Positions 24,797-32,837 of a stretch of DNA of 39,759 nt are shown piece by piece. The position numbers and the translations under genes are program-made. A model generated the notes under the pieces. It made no database searches. It saw only the letters and a list, made by a program, of their open reading frames with translations, and was not told the origin of the DNA. Source of the DNA: Alphaproteobacteria bacterium. GTDB lineage: Bacteria; Pseudomonadota; Alphaproteobacteria; JALCBB01. The stretch spans positions 1 through 39,759 of the forward strand of contig JALCBB010000003.1 in NCBI GenBank assembly GCA_028066985.1, in the 5' to 3' direction. Positions within the stretch are counted from its first letter, which is position 1. Each line of letters begins with the position of its first letter.

Positions 24797-25150
24797 TCAT
24801 CCACGACCATAATCGTCAGCATAACGCTCAATATCATCCTCCCCCAGATAATCGCCCAACTGCACCTCGCAGACCACGAGGTCGGCGTCTCCGTCGTTCG
24901 CCAGCCGATGCGCCTCGCCGACTCCGATTTCCACATGTTCGCCGACGCGCAGCACGCGCTCCACGCCCGCCACGAGCACGCGCGCCTCGCCCGAGACCAC
25001 CACCCAGAACTCGCGCCGCCGCCGATGGCTCTGCAACGACAGCCGCGCGCCCGCACGCACGACCAGACGCTTGACCTGGTATCCGGCGCCGGCGTCGACC
25101 GTGCGCCAGTATCCCCACGGACGCTCGTCGCTCTCGCCGACCTCGGGCAT
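24797..25150 (-). CDS. Cupin-domain protein (mannose-6-phosphate isomerase type II C-terminal-like)
   Basis: WGYW..G..VKRL.V..G..LSLQSH..R.E.W.VV.G motif pattern, 117 aa. GGAGGAG lies immediately upstream of the ATG. Confidence 0.7.
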   Translation of the reverse strand: MPEVGESDERPWGYWRTVDAGAGYQVKRLVVRAGARLSLQSHRRRREFWVVVSGEARVLVAGVERVLRVGEHVEIGVGEAHRLANDGDADLVVCEVQLGDYLGEDDIERYADDYGRG

Positions 25151-25164
25151 GGCTCCTCCAGAAG

Positions 25165-25238
25165 TAGCGGGGGAGGGACTCGAACCCCCGACACGCGGAT
25201 TATGATCCCGCTGCTCTAACCAGCTGAGCTACCCCGCC
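25165..25238 (-). tRNA. tRNA with CAU anticodon (elongator Met, or Ile2 if lysidine-modified); no encoded CCA
   Basis: Hand-folded cloverleaf: acceptor GGCGGGG/CCCCGCT (G1-U72), D arm GCTC-AGCTGGTTA-GAGC, anticodon stem GCGGG/TCCGC with loop A-U-CAU-A-A, variable loop GTGTC, and T arm GGGGG-TTCGAGT-CCCTC. Confidence 0.85.
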
Positions 25239-25255
25239 GTGGCTGCTCTGGAGGG

Positions 25256-25284
25256 ATTCTTGATTAAGTTTGTCGCGGCGTCAA
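25256..25284 (-). promoter_or_regulatory. Candidate promoter for tRNA-cupin (TTGACG-17 nt-AAGAAT)
   Basis: The -35 hexamer is the reverse complement of 25279-25284. The -10-like hexamer is the reverse complement of 25256-25261, 17 nt upstream of tRNA position 1. Confidence 0.3.
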
Positions 25285-25430
25285 GTGAGGTCGGAGGGGC
25301 GCTGATTTCGCCCTGCGGGAGCCATTAACGGCGCCGCCTTCCGGGGTTGGAGACGGCGGAGGCGGCGCCGGCCCAGGGGCTTCATTGACGGCGCCGCCTT
25401 TCCGCCCCTTAAACAGACGAAGAACAGCCC

Positions 25431-25688
25431 CTGGCATTAGTGGGCGTTTGACTTAGACATTCACGGTGTTGGCTCAAGCGAATCGCGCCAACTTATGCCT
25501 GCGGCGGCTCGCCGCTGGCATTAGTGGGCGTTTGACTTAGACATTCACGGTGTTGGCTCAAGCGAGCGATGCCGGCAGACGGGTGCGGGCTAGCCCGCAA
25601 AAAATAAATAATAATTTATTGACTATTTAAGGGGTCAATTAAATAAATTGTTTTCTTATTAACGGGGACAAAGTTTGCTGACGGGAGA
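25431..25688. repeat. Inner inverted repeat, right copy (IR-iR) = half composite element E7
   Basis: Mirror image of 24461-24718 (see that entry). Weaker similarity extends left to ~25381. Confidence 0.92.
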
Positions 25689-25741
25689 GGGCGGGAAAGG
25701 GGCGAATTTCCGCGCTTTTCCGCCGTCCGGCGGGGGGTGGC

Positions 25742-25770
25742 TTGACATTTTGCGTCTCCTGTGGTTTTCT
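25742..25770 (+). promoter_or_regulatory. Candidate promoter of the Type ISP gene (TTGACA-17 nt-TTTTCT)
   Basis: Perfect -35 hexamer at 25742-25747, preceded by the 32-nt box shared with mod (25707-25738). The TTG that opens the track ORF is the first triplet of this hexamer. The -10 is weak. Confidence 0.25.
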
Positions 25771-25831
25771 GTTTGGAGCGATTCGGGCGATTCGTTTCGC
25801 GCGGCATGTGTCCAAGGAGGCAAAAGGCGCT

Positions 25832-28800
25832 GTGTCAGAAGAAAAGACCATTCACGACATCCTGGATGAGTTGCGCGAAGACGCGCACCACTCTACGTCC
25901 AAGGGTTTCTCGTTTGAAGACCTGACGGTCGCGTATCTGCGCAAAGAACCGCAATACGCCGAACTCTTCTCGGATGTCTGGCTCTGGGGTGAATGGCCGG
26001 ATAACGGCGACAAACCCGACCGCGGAATTGACATTGTTGCTCGTGAACGGGTGAGCGGCGACTACTGGGCGATTCAGTGCAAGTTTTTTGACAGCGCAAA
26101 TCTTCTTTACCAGGGGCAAGTGGATTCGTTTATAGCGACTTCAGGTGTCACATTTCCGACGAGAGAGGGGGAGTTTCGCTACGCGCAACGGCTGGTTGTC
26201 ACGACGGCGCGGGGGCTGAGCGGCGGGACCCAAGATCTGTTTGAAGGGTATGACCCGCCTATCAAAACGCTCTTCACGCGAGACCTTGAGGCGAGCGCGA
26301 TTGACTGGGGTCAGTTTTCAAAGCACAAGAAACTCGCTGTCAAGGAGAAAAAGGCGCTGCGTCCGCATCAGACGGAGGCGGTAGACAAGGTCGTTGCGGG
26401 ATTCAAAGAACACGACCGCGGCAAACTGATCATGGCGTGCGGCACGGGGAAGACGCTTACCTCGTTGCGTCTGGCGGAACGGATGATGTCGGAGAATATG
26501 GTGGAGAAAGACGGGCAGATTCTGTTCCTGCTGCCGTCATTGTCCCTGGTGGCGCAGACCCTGCGCGAATGGACGGCGGAAGCGAAGATGAAAATGCACG
26601 CCCTCATCGTCTGCTCGGATAAAAAGATCGGGCACAAGCGAAGCAAGGACAGCGAGGATATTTTCCCGCGGGACATCGTTCATCCGGCGACGACCGACGC
26701 CGAGACCCTGGCGCGTTACGCGAAGCAGGTGGGGTCGGACAGGTGCAAGGTTGTTTTTTCCACCTATCAGTCGCTCAAAGTCGTGCGCGAAGCGCAGAAG
26801 AAGCACGGACTCGGCGAGTTTGATCTGATTGTCTGCGACGAGGCGCATCGTACGAGCGGTTTCCTCGGAGCGGAAGATGACGGGGAGGATTCGGGATTCT
26901 CCATGGTGCATGAGGACAAAAACATTCAGGGCAAAAAACGCCTTTACATGACGGCGACGCCGCGCGTCTACGGAGAGGCGTCAATCGCGCGGGCGAAGGA
27001 GAAAGAAGGGCAGCTCTTCTCAATGGATGACAAGGAGACCTTTGGTCCCGAATTTCACTATCTGGGCTTCGGCGAGTCGGTCAAGCGGGAACTGTTGTCG
27101 GAGTACAAGGTGCTGATCGTGGTGCAGGATGAGTCAACGATGTCGGGTCTTGCCGACAACTACAACTACAGGGTGAATCTGGCGAAAAACGACGAGGACG
27201 GAAAGGGGAAAAAGAGCAAGGCGAAACCCCTTAAACTCGATGACGCCGCCAAGATCATCGGCAGCTGGAAGGGTATGTCCAAATACCGGGTCCAGATGGT
27301 GGACGAGTCGGGAAGTGTCACAGGAGAGATCGCGGAAGACACGAAGCCGATGCGGCGCGTCGTCGCGTTCTCCAGGAGGATAGACAGCTCGGAGAGGATG
27401 AGAGACGCCTTCAACGATCTGACAGGCATCTACAAAGAGGATCTTCCCGAAGAAAAAGCGCAGAAGATGGTCGACTGCCAATTGAGGCATGTCGACGGCA
27501 CGATGGACGCCCTGAAGCGGGCGGCGTTTCTGGACTGGCTCAGGGAAGAGCACGGCGAGAGCGAGTGCAGGGTGCTGTCCAACGCCCGGTGCCTCTCGGA
27601 GGGCGTGGATGTGCCGGCGCTGGACGGCGTGGTCTTTTTTGACACGCGCGATTCAATGGTGGACATCGTGCAGGCGGTTGGCCGGGTGATGCGCAAGGTG
27701 AAGGGGAAGGAGTTCGGCTACATCGTTCTGCCGGTCTGCATCCCCAATACTCTGGTCAGCGATTACGACGAGTACATAGACAAAGACAAGCGGTTCGGCA
27801 ATGTCTGGAGGGTGCTTAAGGCGCTGCGCTCGCACGACGAGCGTCTGGTTTACAAATCGGAGTATCGTGAAAGGGTGGAGGTGATTCTGCCCGACCCGCC
27901 GCCGGACCCTCCGCCGGAACAGACCAACTTCTGGTTCAATCTCCATCAGCTCGAGGAGGCGGTCTCCACGATCATGCCGCGCAAGCTCGGGGATCAGGAG
28001 TATTGGAGCGAATGGGCGGAGGAGGTCGCGGATATCGCGGCGCGGGTCATCGGGCGCATCAAGAACCTGCTGGAAAACCCCGAAGCGAAAAAGCAGTTTG
28101 GCGTCTTCATAACGGGTCTGCGCGACAACCTAAACCCCCATGTCGGCGAGGGAGAAGCGATTGAAATGCTCGCGCAGCACATCGTCACCCGTCCGGTGTT
28201 TGACGCGCTGTTCGGGAGTTACTCGTTCGTCAAGGACAACCCCGTCTCAAAGGCGATGGAGGGGGTCGTGGAGGTTCTGGACAAACATGCGGTCGGGAGC
28301 GAGGTGGAAGGTCTGAACACCTTTTATGAAAGCGTGCGCGAGCGGGTGGGCGGCGCCACGGACCCCGAAGACAGACAGGAGGTCATCCGTCGGCTGTATG
28401 ACTCTTTCTTCAAGCACGGATTCAAGAAAATGGCCAGGGGTCTCGGCATCGTCTACACGCCGGGCGAGGTTGTGGACTTCATTCTCAGAAGCGCGGACTT
28501 CGCTCTGCGAAAACATTTTAACACGAATATATCCTCTGACGCAGTGCAGGTGCTGGACCCGTTCACTGGCACGGGTACTTTTATAGCGCAGCTGCTGCGG
28601 TCTGGACTGATCAGCCGGGAAGATCTGGAGCGGAAGTATCGGAACGAGTTGCATGCCAATGAGATCGTGCTGCTCGCCTACTACATCGCCTCAATCAACA
28701 TTGAGAGCGCCTTTGAACTTCAGGGCGGTTCCTCGCATCAGCCCTTCGAGGGCATTGTCTTCACCGACACTTTTCAGATGACCGAAAGCGGCGACCTTGT

Positions 28801-30706
28801 GGACAAGATCGTGTTTCCCGAGAACAGCGAGCAGGTCAATCGGCAAAACAGGCAGGATATCCGCGTGATTATCGGTAATCCGCCTTACAGGGGGAGACAG
28901 AAGAGCGAGGGCGAGGACAAGCCGAACCTGAAATATCCGACGCTGGATGACAACATTCGCGGCAGCTACGCGGCGAAGTCGTCTGCCACGAACACGAACA
29001 GTCTGTACGACTCCTACATCCGCGCCATTCGCTGGTCAACGGACAGGTTAAGGGCGGGGGGAGTCATCGCCTTTGTCACCAACGGCTCGTTCATTGACGG
29101 GAGCGCCGCCGATGGACTGCGCAAGTGTCTGATGGAGGATTTCAGCCACCTCTATGTGTTCAACCTCAGGGGGAATATCAGGCTGCGTGACAAGAGGGAG
29201 GGGGGCAATGTTTTCGGACAGAGCTCTCAGGCCCTGATCGCGATTACCGTCATGGTCAAAGACCCTGCACATGACGGGGGGTGCGAATTGCACTATCACG
29301 ACATCGGCGACTCTCTTTCACGCGAAGACAAACTCGCCATCATTAAAAAGGCCGTCAGCATTGAAAAAATTGACTGGACGCCCATCACGCCGAACGAGCG
29401 GGGCGACTGGATCAACCAGCGCGACCCCGCCTTTGATAAATTCATCTCGCTTGGCGACAAAAGGGGGGACACAAGCGAGGTTGTGTTCAATATTTATTCG
29501 GCTGGCGTCAAAACGGGACGGGACCCCTGGTCCTGCAACGCGTCGCGTCGCGAGGTCGAGGGCAACATGCGCCGCATGATCGCGAAGTACAACGAGGAGA
29601 GGGAGCGTTATCATGGCATCTGCGGTGATGCGGGCACAAAAGAGCGGCCGAAGATCGATGATGTCATCGATCAGGATCCGAAGAAAATCAAATGGACAAG
29701 GGAACTGAAGCAGTCCGCCGGAAAAAACAAACATCTGGCATTTGACGCGAACGCCACTGTCGCGGCCATGTATCGTCCGTTTTGCAAACAGCATCTGTAT
29801 TTTGACCGCGTTCTCGCGTCCATGACATATCAAACGCCCAAATTATTCCCGACACCCGAACACGGGAATATTGTGATTTCCACAGGGCGTAACCCTTCAG
29901 GACTGTTTTCTGCTCTGGTCGCAAGCTACCTGCCCGAACACCTGATGGTTTTCAACAGTCAAAATTTTCCGCTCTACTGGTATGAGAAGGTCAAGCAGGG
30001 CCAGAAGGAGCAGCTGGTCAATGTGACTCCTGACGCGCATGGCTATGTGCGGCGGGACGGCATATCGGACTGGGCGATTGCCAGATTCCGCAGTCACTAC
30101 GGGAACGACTCAATCAGCAAGGAGGATCTGTTCTGGTATATCTACGGTGTCTTCCATTCCCCGGAGTATCGGACGCGGTTTGAATCCGATCTGAAAAAGG
30201 AAATTCCAAGAATTCCCCTTGCTGGGGATTTTTGGACTTTCAGCAAGGCGGGGAAGGCGCTGGGCGAACAGCATCTGAACTATGAGACGGCGGAGCCTTA
30301 CCCGCTCACGGAGGACATGGGCGGTCAGATTCGGGAGCTCATGGAAGACGAGGGCTACAAGGTCCGTAAGATGCAGTTCGGCTGGACCGGCGAGAAGAAG
30401 GAGAAGGTGAAAGACAGGACAACCGTCGTCTACAACGACAAAATCACCCTGCGCGGCATTCCGCCGGAGGCATACGAGTATGTCGTCAACGGCAAATCGG
30501 CGATTGAGTGGATCATGGATCGCTATCAGGTCAGGGTGGACGAAAAGAAGGATGGCAGCGGCAGCGGCATCCGCAACGACCCCAACGACTGGGCGCCGGA
30601 CAACCCGCGCTACATCCTTGATCTGCTCAAGCGGATTGTCACTGTCAGCGTGGAGTCTGTCAAAATCATCAACGCCCTCCCGCCCCTCGACGAACACAAA
30701 GACTAG
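25832..30706 (+). CDS. Type ISP-like single-polypeptide restriction-modification enzyme (Mrr-type nuclease + SF2 helicase/translocase + gamma-class N6-adenine MTase + C-terminal TRD)
   Basis: Nuclease motif GIDIVARE..YWAIQCK. Helicase motifs MACGTGKT, VCDEAHRT and MTATP, plus a later SEGVDVPALD/VGRVMR. MTase motif I VLDPFTGTGTF and motif IV IIGNPPY. About 1620 aa. GTG 25832 lies 11 nt after AAGGAGG; a TTG 25742 start is unlikely. Confidence 0.85.
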   Translation: MSEEKTIHDILDELREDAHHSTSKGFSFEDLTVAYLRKEPQYAELFSDVWLWGEWPDNGDKPDRGIDIVARERVSGDYWAIQCKFFDSANLLYQGQVDSFIATSGVTFPTREGEFRYAQRLVVTTARGLSGGTQDLFEGYDPPIKTLFTRDLEASAIDWGQFSKHKKLAVKEKKALRPHQTEAVDKVVAGFKEHDRGKLIMACGTGKTLTSLRLAERMMSENMVEKDGQILFLLPSLSLVAQTLREWTAEAKMKMHALIVCSDKKIGHKRSKDSEDIFPRDIVHPATTDAETLARYAKQVGSDRCKVVFSTYQSLKVVREAQKKHGLGEFDLIVCDEAHRTSGFLGAEDDGEDSGFSMVHEDKNIQGKKRLYMTATPRVYGEASIARAKEKEGQLFSMDDKETFGPEFHYLGFGESVKRELLSEYKVLIVVQDESTMSGLADNYNYRVNLAKNDEDGKGKKSKAKPLKLDDAAKIIGSWKGMSKYRVQMVDESGSVTGEIAEDTKPMRRVVAFSRRIDSSERMRDAFNDLTGIYKEDLPEEKAQKMVDCQLRHVDGTMDALKRAAFLDWLREEHGESECRVLSNARCLSEGVDVPALDGVVFFDTRDSMVDIVQAVGRVMRKVKGKEFGYIVLPVCIPNTLVSDYDEYIDKDKRFGNVWRVLKALRSHDERLVYKSEYRERVEVILPDPPPDPPPEQTNFWFNLHQLEEAVSTIMPRKLGDQEYWSEWAEEVADIAARVIGRIKNLLENPEAKKQFGVFITGLRDNLNPHVGEGEAIEMLAQHIVTRPVFDALFGSYSFVKDNPVSKAMEGVVEVLDKHAVGSEVEGLNTFYESVRERVGGATDPEDRQEVIRRLYDSFFKHGFKKMARGLGIVYTPGEVVDFILRSADFALRKHFNTNISSDAVQVLDPFTGTGTFIAQLLRSGLISREDLERKYRNELHANEIVLLAYYIASINIESAFELQGGSSHQPFEGIVFTDTFQMTESGDLVDKIVFPENSEQVNRQNRQDIRVIIGNPPYRGRQKSEGEDKPNLKYPTLDDNIRGSYAAKSSATNTNSLYDSYIRAIRWSTDRLRAGGVIAFVTNGSFIDGSAADGLRKCLMEDFSHLYVFNLRGNIRLRDKREGGNVFGQSSQALIAITVMVKDPAHDGGCELHYHDIGDSLSREDKLAIIKKAVSIEKIDWTPITPNERGDWINQRDPAFDKFISLGDKRGDTSEVVFNIYSAGVKTGRDPWSCNASRREVEGNMRRMIAKYNEERERYHGICGDAGTKERPKIDDVIDQDPKKIKWTRELKQSAGKNKHLAFDANATVAAMYRPFCKQHLYFDRVLASMTYQTPKLFPTPEHGNIVISTGRNPSGLFSALVASYLPEHLMVFNSQNFPLYWYEKVKQGQKEQLVNVTPDAHGYVRRDGISDWAIARFRSHYGNDSISKEDLFWYIYGVFHSPEYRTRFESDLKKEIPRIPLAGDFWTFSKAGKALGEQHLNYETAEPYPLTEDMGGQIRELMEDEGYKVRKMQFGWTGEKKEKVKDRTTVVYNDKITLRGIPPEAYEYVVNGKSAIEWIMDRYQVRVDEKKDGSGSGIRNDPNDWAPDNPRYILDLLKRIVTVSVESVKIINALPPLDEHKD

Positions 30707-30719
30707 CGGACAAGCCGCC

Positions 30720-30842
30720 TCGGGCAATACAACCTAAAGTTGTATTTCCGCGACCGCCCGCCCGTCAAAAAACGCGGCGCCGTCAATGCGTCCCGCGGAA
30801 CAAAAGCAGGGGCAGGGAACTAAATACGCTCGCCACCCTCGC
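30720..30842. repeat. Outer inverted repeat, right copy (IR-oR); overlaps the genuine 3' end of the ABC ATPase gene
   Basis: Mirror image of 19191-19313. Contains the hairpin AATACAAC..GTTGTATT and the CATTGACGGCGCCGCG box (reverse complement, 30773-30788). Confidence 0.9.
30726..30746 (+). terminator. Candidate terminator hairpin for the Type ISP gene
   Basis: AATACAAC-CTAAA-GTTGTATT followed by TCC, starting 20 nt after the stop codon. Confidence 0.3.
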
Positions 30843-31815
30843 CAAAATAATACGCGCGCGCAGGATCAAACGATAAGCATACCTCGCCCGCAGGCGGAAC
30901 CTCATGCTGTCCGAAAAGACGCAGAGTCACAGTATGGCCGGAAACCGTCAGAATCACATTCGTGTCGCCGCCCAGATGCTCAATATGCTCAACCACACCA
31001 CGCAAATGTCCGTCGTCAGACAGGAAAAAATCCTCGGGACGCACTCCCAAAACACGCGGATCACCCTCGCTCAATAAACCCGCAGGCAAGAAATTCATCG
31101 CCGGCGAACCCAAGAAACCCGCCACAAACCGATTCACAGGATCATTGTACAACTCCATCGGAGTCCCGACCTGCTCGACACGACCCTCGCGCAAAACAAC
31201 AATCTTGTCCGCAAGCGTCATCGCCTCCGTCTGGTCGTGCGTGACATAAATCATCGCCGTCTCCAATTGACGGTGCAAATTCGCAATCTCAAGACGCGTG
31301 TTCATCCGCAGCGCCGCGTCCAGATTGGACAACGGCTCGTCAAACAGAAAAAGACGCGGCTTGCGGACTATCGCGCGTCCGATCGCCACGCGCTGGCGCT
31401 GTCCGCCCGACAACTCGGACGGATAGCGGTCAAGATATTCGCCCAGATTCAGCATCCGGCTCGCCTCCGCCACGCGAGACGCGATCACTCCCTTCGGCTG
31501 CCGCTCCTGCTTCAGCGCCAGCGACATATTGCCCCGAACACTCAAATGCGGATACAACGCATAACTCTGAAACACCATCGCCACTCCGCGCCGCGACGGC
31601 GGCACCGAATTCACCACCTCGCCGCCGATGCGAATCTCGCCCGATGTCGCGTCCTCAAGGCCGGCGATCACGCAAAGCAATGTGGACTTGCCGCAGCCCG
31701 ACGGACCCACAAAAACCACGAACTCGCCCTCGTCAATCTCAAGAGTGATGTCCGTCAGCACCTCCACAGCGCCGAAAGACTTGTACACCCCCGACAAAGA
31801 CGCCGCCGCGGTCAT
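30820..31815 (-). CDS. Sugar ABC transporter ATP-binding protein (MalK/UgpC family)
   Basis: Walker A GPSGCGKST, signature LSGGQRQRV, Walker B LFLFDEPLS and a C-terminal TOBE-like regulatory domain. Confidence 0.9.
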   Translation of the reverse strand: MTAAASLSGVYKSFGAVEVLTDITLEIDEGEFVVFVGPSGCGKSTLLCVIAGLEDATSGEIRIGGEVVNSVPPSRRGVAMVFQSYALYPHLSVRGNMSLALKQERQPKGVIASRVAEASRMLNLGEYLDRYPSELSGGQRQRVAIGRAIVRKPRLFLFDEPLSNLDAALRMNTRLEIANLHRQLETAMIYVTHDQTEAMTLADKIVVLREGRVEQVGTPMELYNDPVNRFVAGFLGSPAMNFLPAGLLSEGDPRVLGVRPEDFFLSDDGHLRGVVEHIEHLGGDTNVILTVSGHTVTLRLFGQHEVPPAGEVCLSFDPARAYYFGEGGERI

Positions 31816-32837
31816 GACAACTCCAGCGACACGACGCGCCGCGCGCGGATGCTCTCGTCCGCGGCGAGACAGATACGCAGACTCTGCACCGCGTCATGCA
31901 TGTGTCTCTCAAGGTCAATGTCCTCGGCGACAGCGCGGAGAATAAAATCCTGCTCGGCGTCGCAGAGTTCCTGATGCGACGGCTCGCGCGGCGTCTCGAT
32001 CAGGGTGTCGCCGCTGTTCCGATGCACGAGAATGCCGCCGACCTTCGTGTGTCCGTGAATGTCGCTGGACGCGCCCCTGCCGCCGTCGGCGATGGAAACA
32101 GCGCCGTTCGGACTCACAATGTCCTTCACAAAGAACGCCGTCTCCGAAATCATCGGGCCCCAGCCCGCCTCGTACCAGCCGACAGAACCGTCGGCGAAGA
32201 CGACCTGGAATTGTCCGTAGTTGTACATGTCCTTCGGAATCTCGTCGGAAAGACGCAGGCCGACGCCATGCACGCGCACAGGCGCGGCGTCGGTTATCTG
32301 GCACATGACATCCACATAGTGAACGCCGCAGTCAACAATCGGACTCGTCGTCCGCATGAGGTTTTTATGCGTCTCCCACTCGGCGCCGTCGCTCTGCTGA
32401 TTGAGGTTGAGACGGAAAACATAGGGGCCGCCGAGGTCGCGCGCCTCCTTCACAAGTCTCACCCATGACGGATGATGACGCAGAATGTAGCCGACGACAA
32501 GTTTTTTCTCCCGCGCGCGCGCGGTCTCAACGACCCTCACGGCGTCCGCGACGGTGACGGCGAGCGGTTTCTCCACGAAGACATGCGCGCCGGCGTTCAT
32601 CGCCTTGATGGCGTATTCGGCGTGACTGTCGGAATAAGTGGCGACCACGACGAGTTCGGGCTTCGTGTTCAGTCCCTCGTCAAAGTTGTCAAAGAACGGA
32701 CAGCCCCGCAGTTCCGCCGGCAGCGCGACCTCGGAGCGGTTGACAAGCGCGACAATCTCCGCGCGCGGGTGGTGATGGTGCGCGAGGGCGTGGGAGAGTC
32801 CCATGTTGCCGAGTCCGGCGATCATGACGCGCGTCAT
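31812..32837 (-). CDS. Gfo/Idh/MocA-family NAD(P)-dependent oxidoreductase
   Basis: N-terminal Rossmann motif MIAGLGNMGLSHA and the EKP motif (VFVEKPLA). Start and stop both overlap neighbouring genes by 4 nt (operon). Confidence 0.8.
   Translation of the reverse strand: MTRVMIAGLGNMGLSHALAHHHHPRAEIVALVNRSEVALPAELRGCPFFDNFDEGLNTKPELVVVATYSDSHAEYAIKAMNAGAHVFVEKPLAVTVADAVRVVETARAREKKLVVGYILRHHPSWVRLVKEARDLGGPYVFRLNLNQQSDGAEWETHKNLMRTTSPIVDCGVHYVDVMCQITDAAPVRVHGVGLRLSDEIPKDMYNYGQFQVVFADGSVGWYEAGWGPMISETAFFVKDIVSPNGAVSIADGGRGASSDIHGHTKVGGILVHRNSGDTLIETPREPSHQELCDAEQDFILRAVAEDIDLERHMHDAVQSLRICLAADESIRARRVVSLELS

Noticed and set aside
25165-25238. The tRNA gene as the attachment site of an integrase-mobilised genomic island.
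   Set aside because: No integrase or recombinase ORF was found in the island, and no direct repeat of the tRNA 3' half was found by eye elsewhere in the window. The island is bounded by inverted, not direct, repeats.
25742-25831. TTG 25742 as the start of the Type ISP gene (ORF-track start).
   Set aside because: The TTG is the first triplet of a perfect TTGACA -35-like hexamer. The 30 encoded residues (TFCVSCGFLFGAIRAIRF...) are not part of the nuclease domain. GTG 25832 has an AAGGAGG upstream. Not fully excluded.
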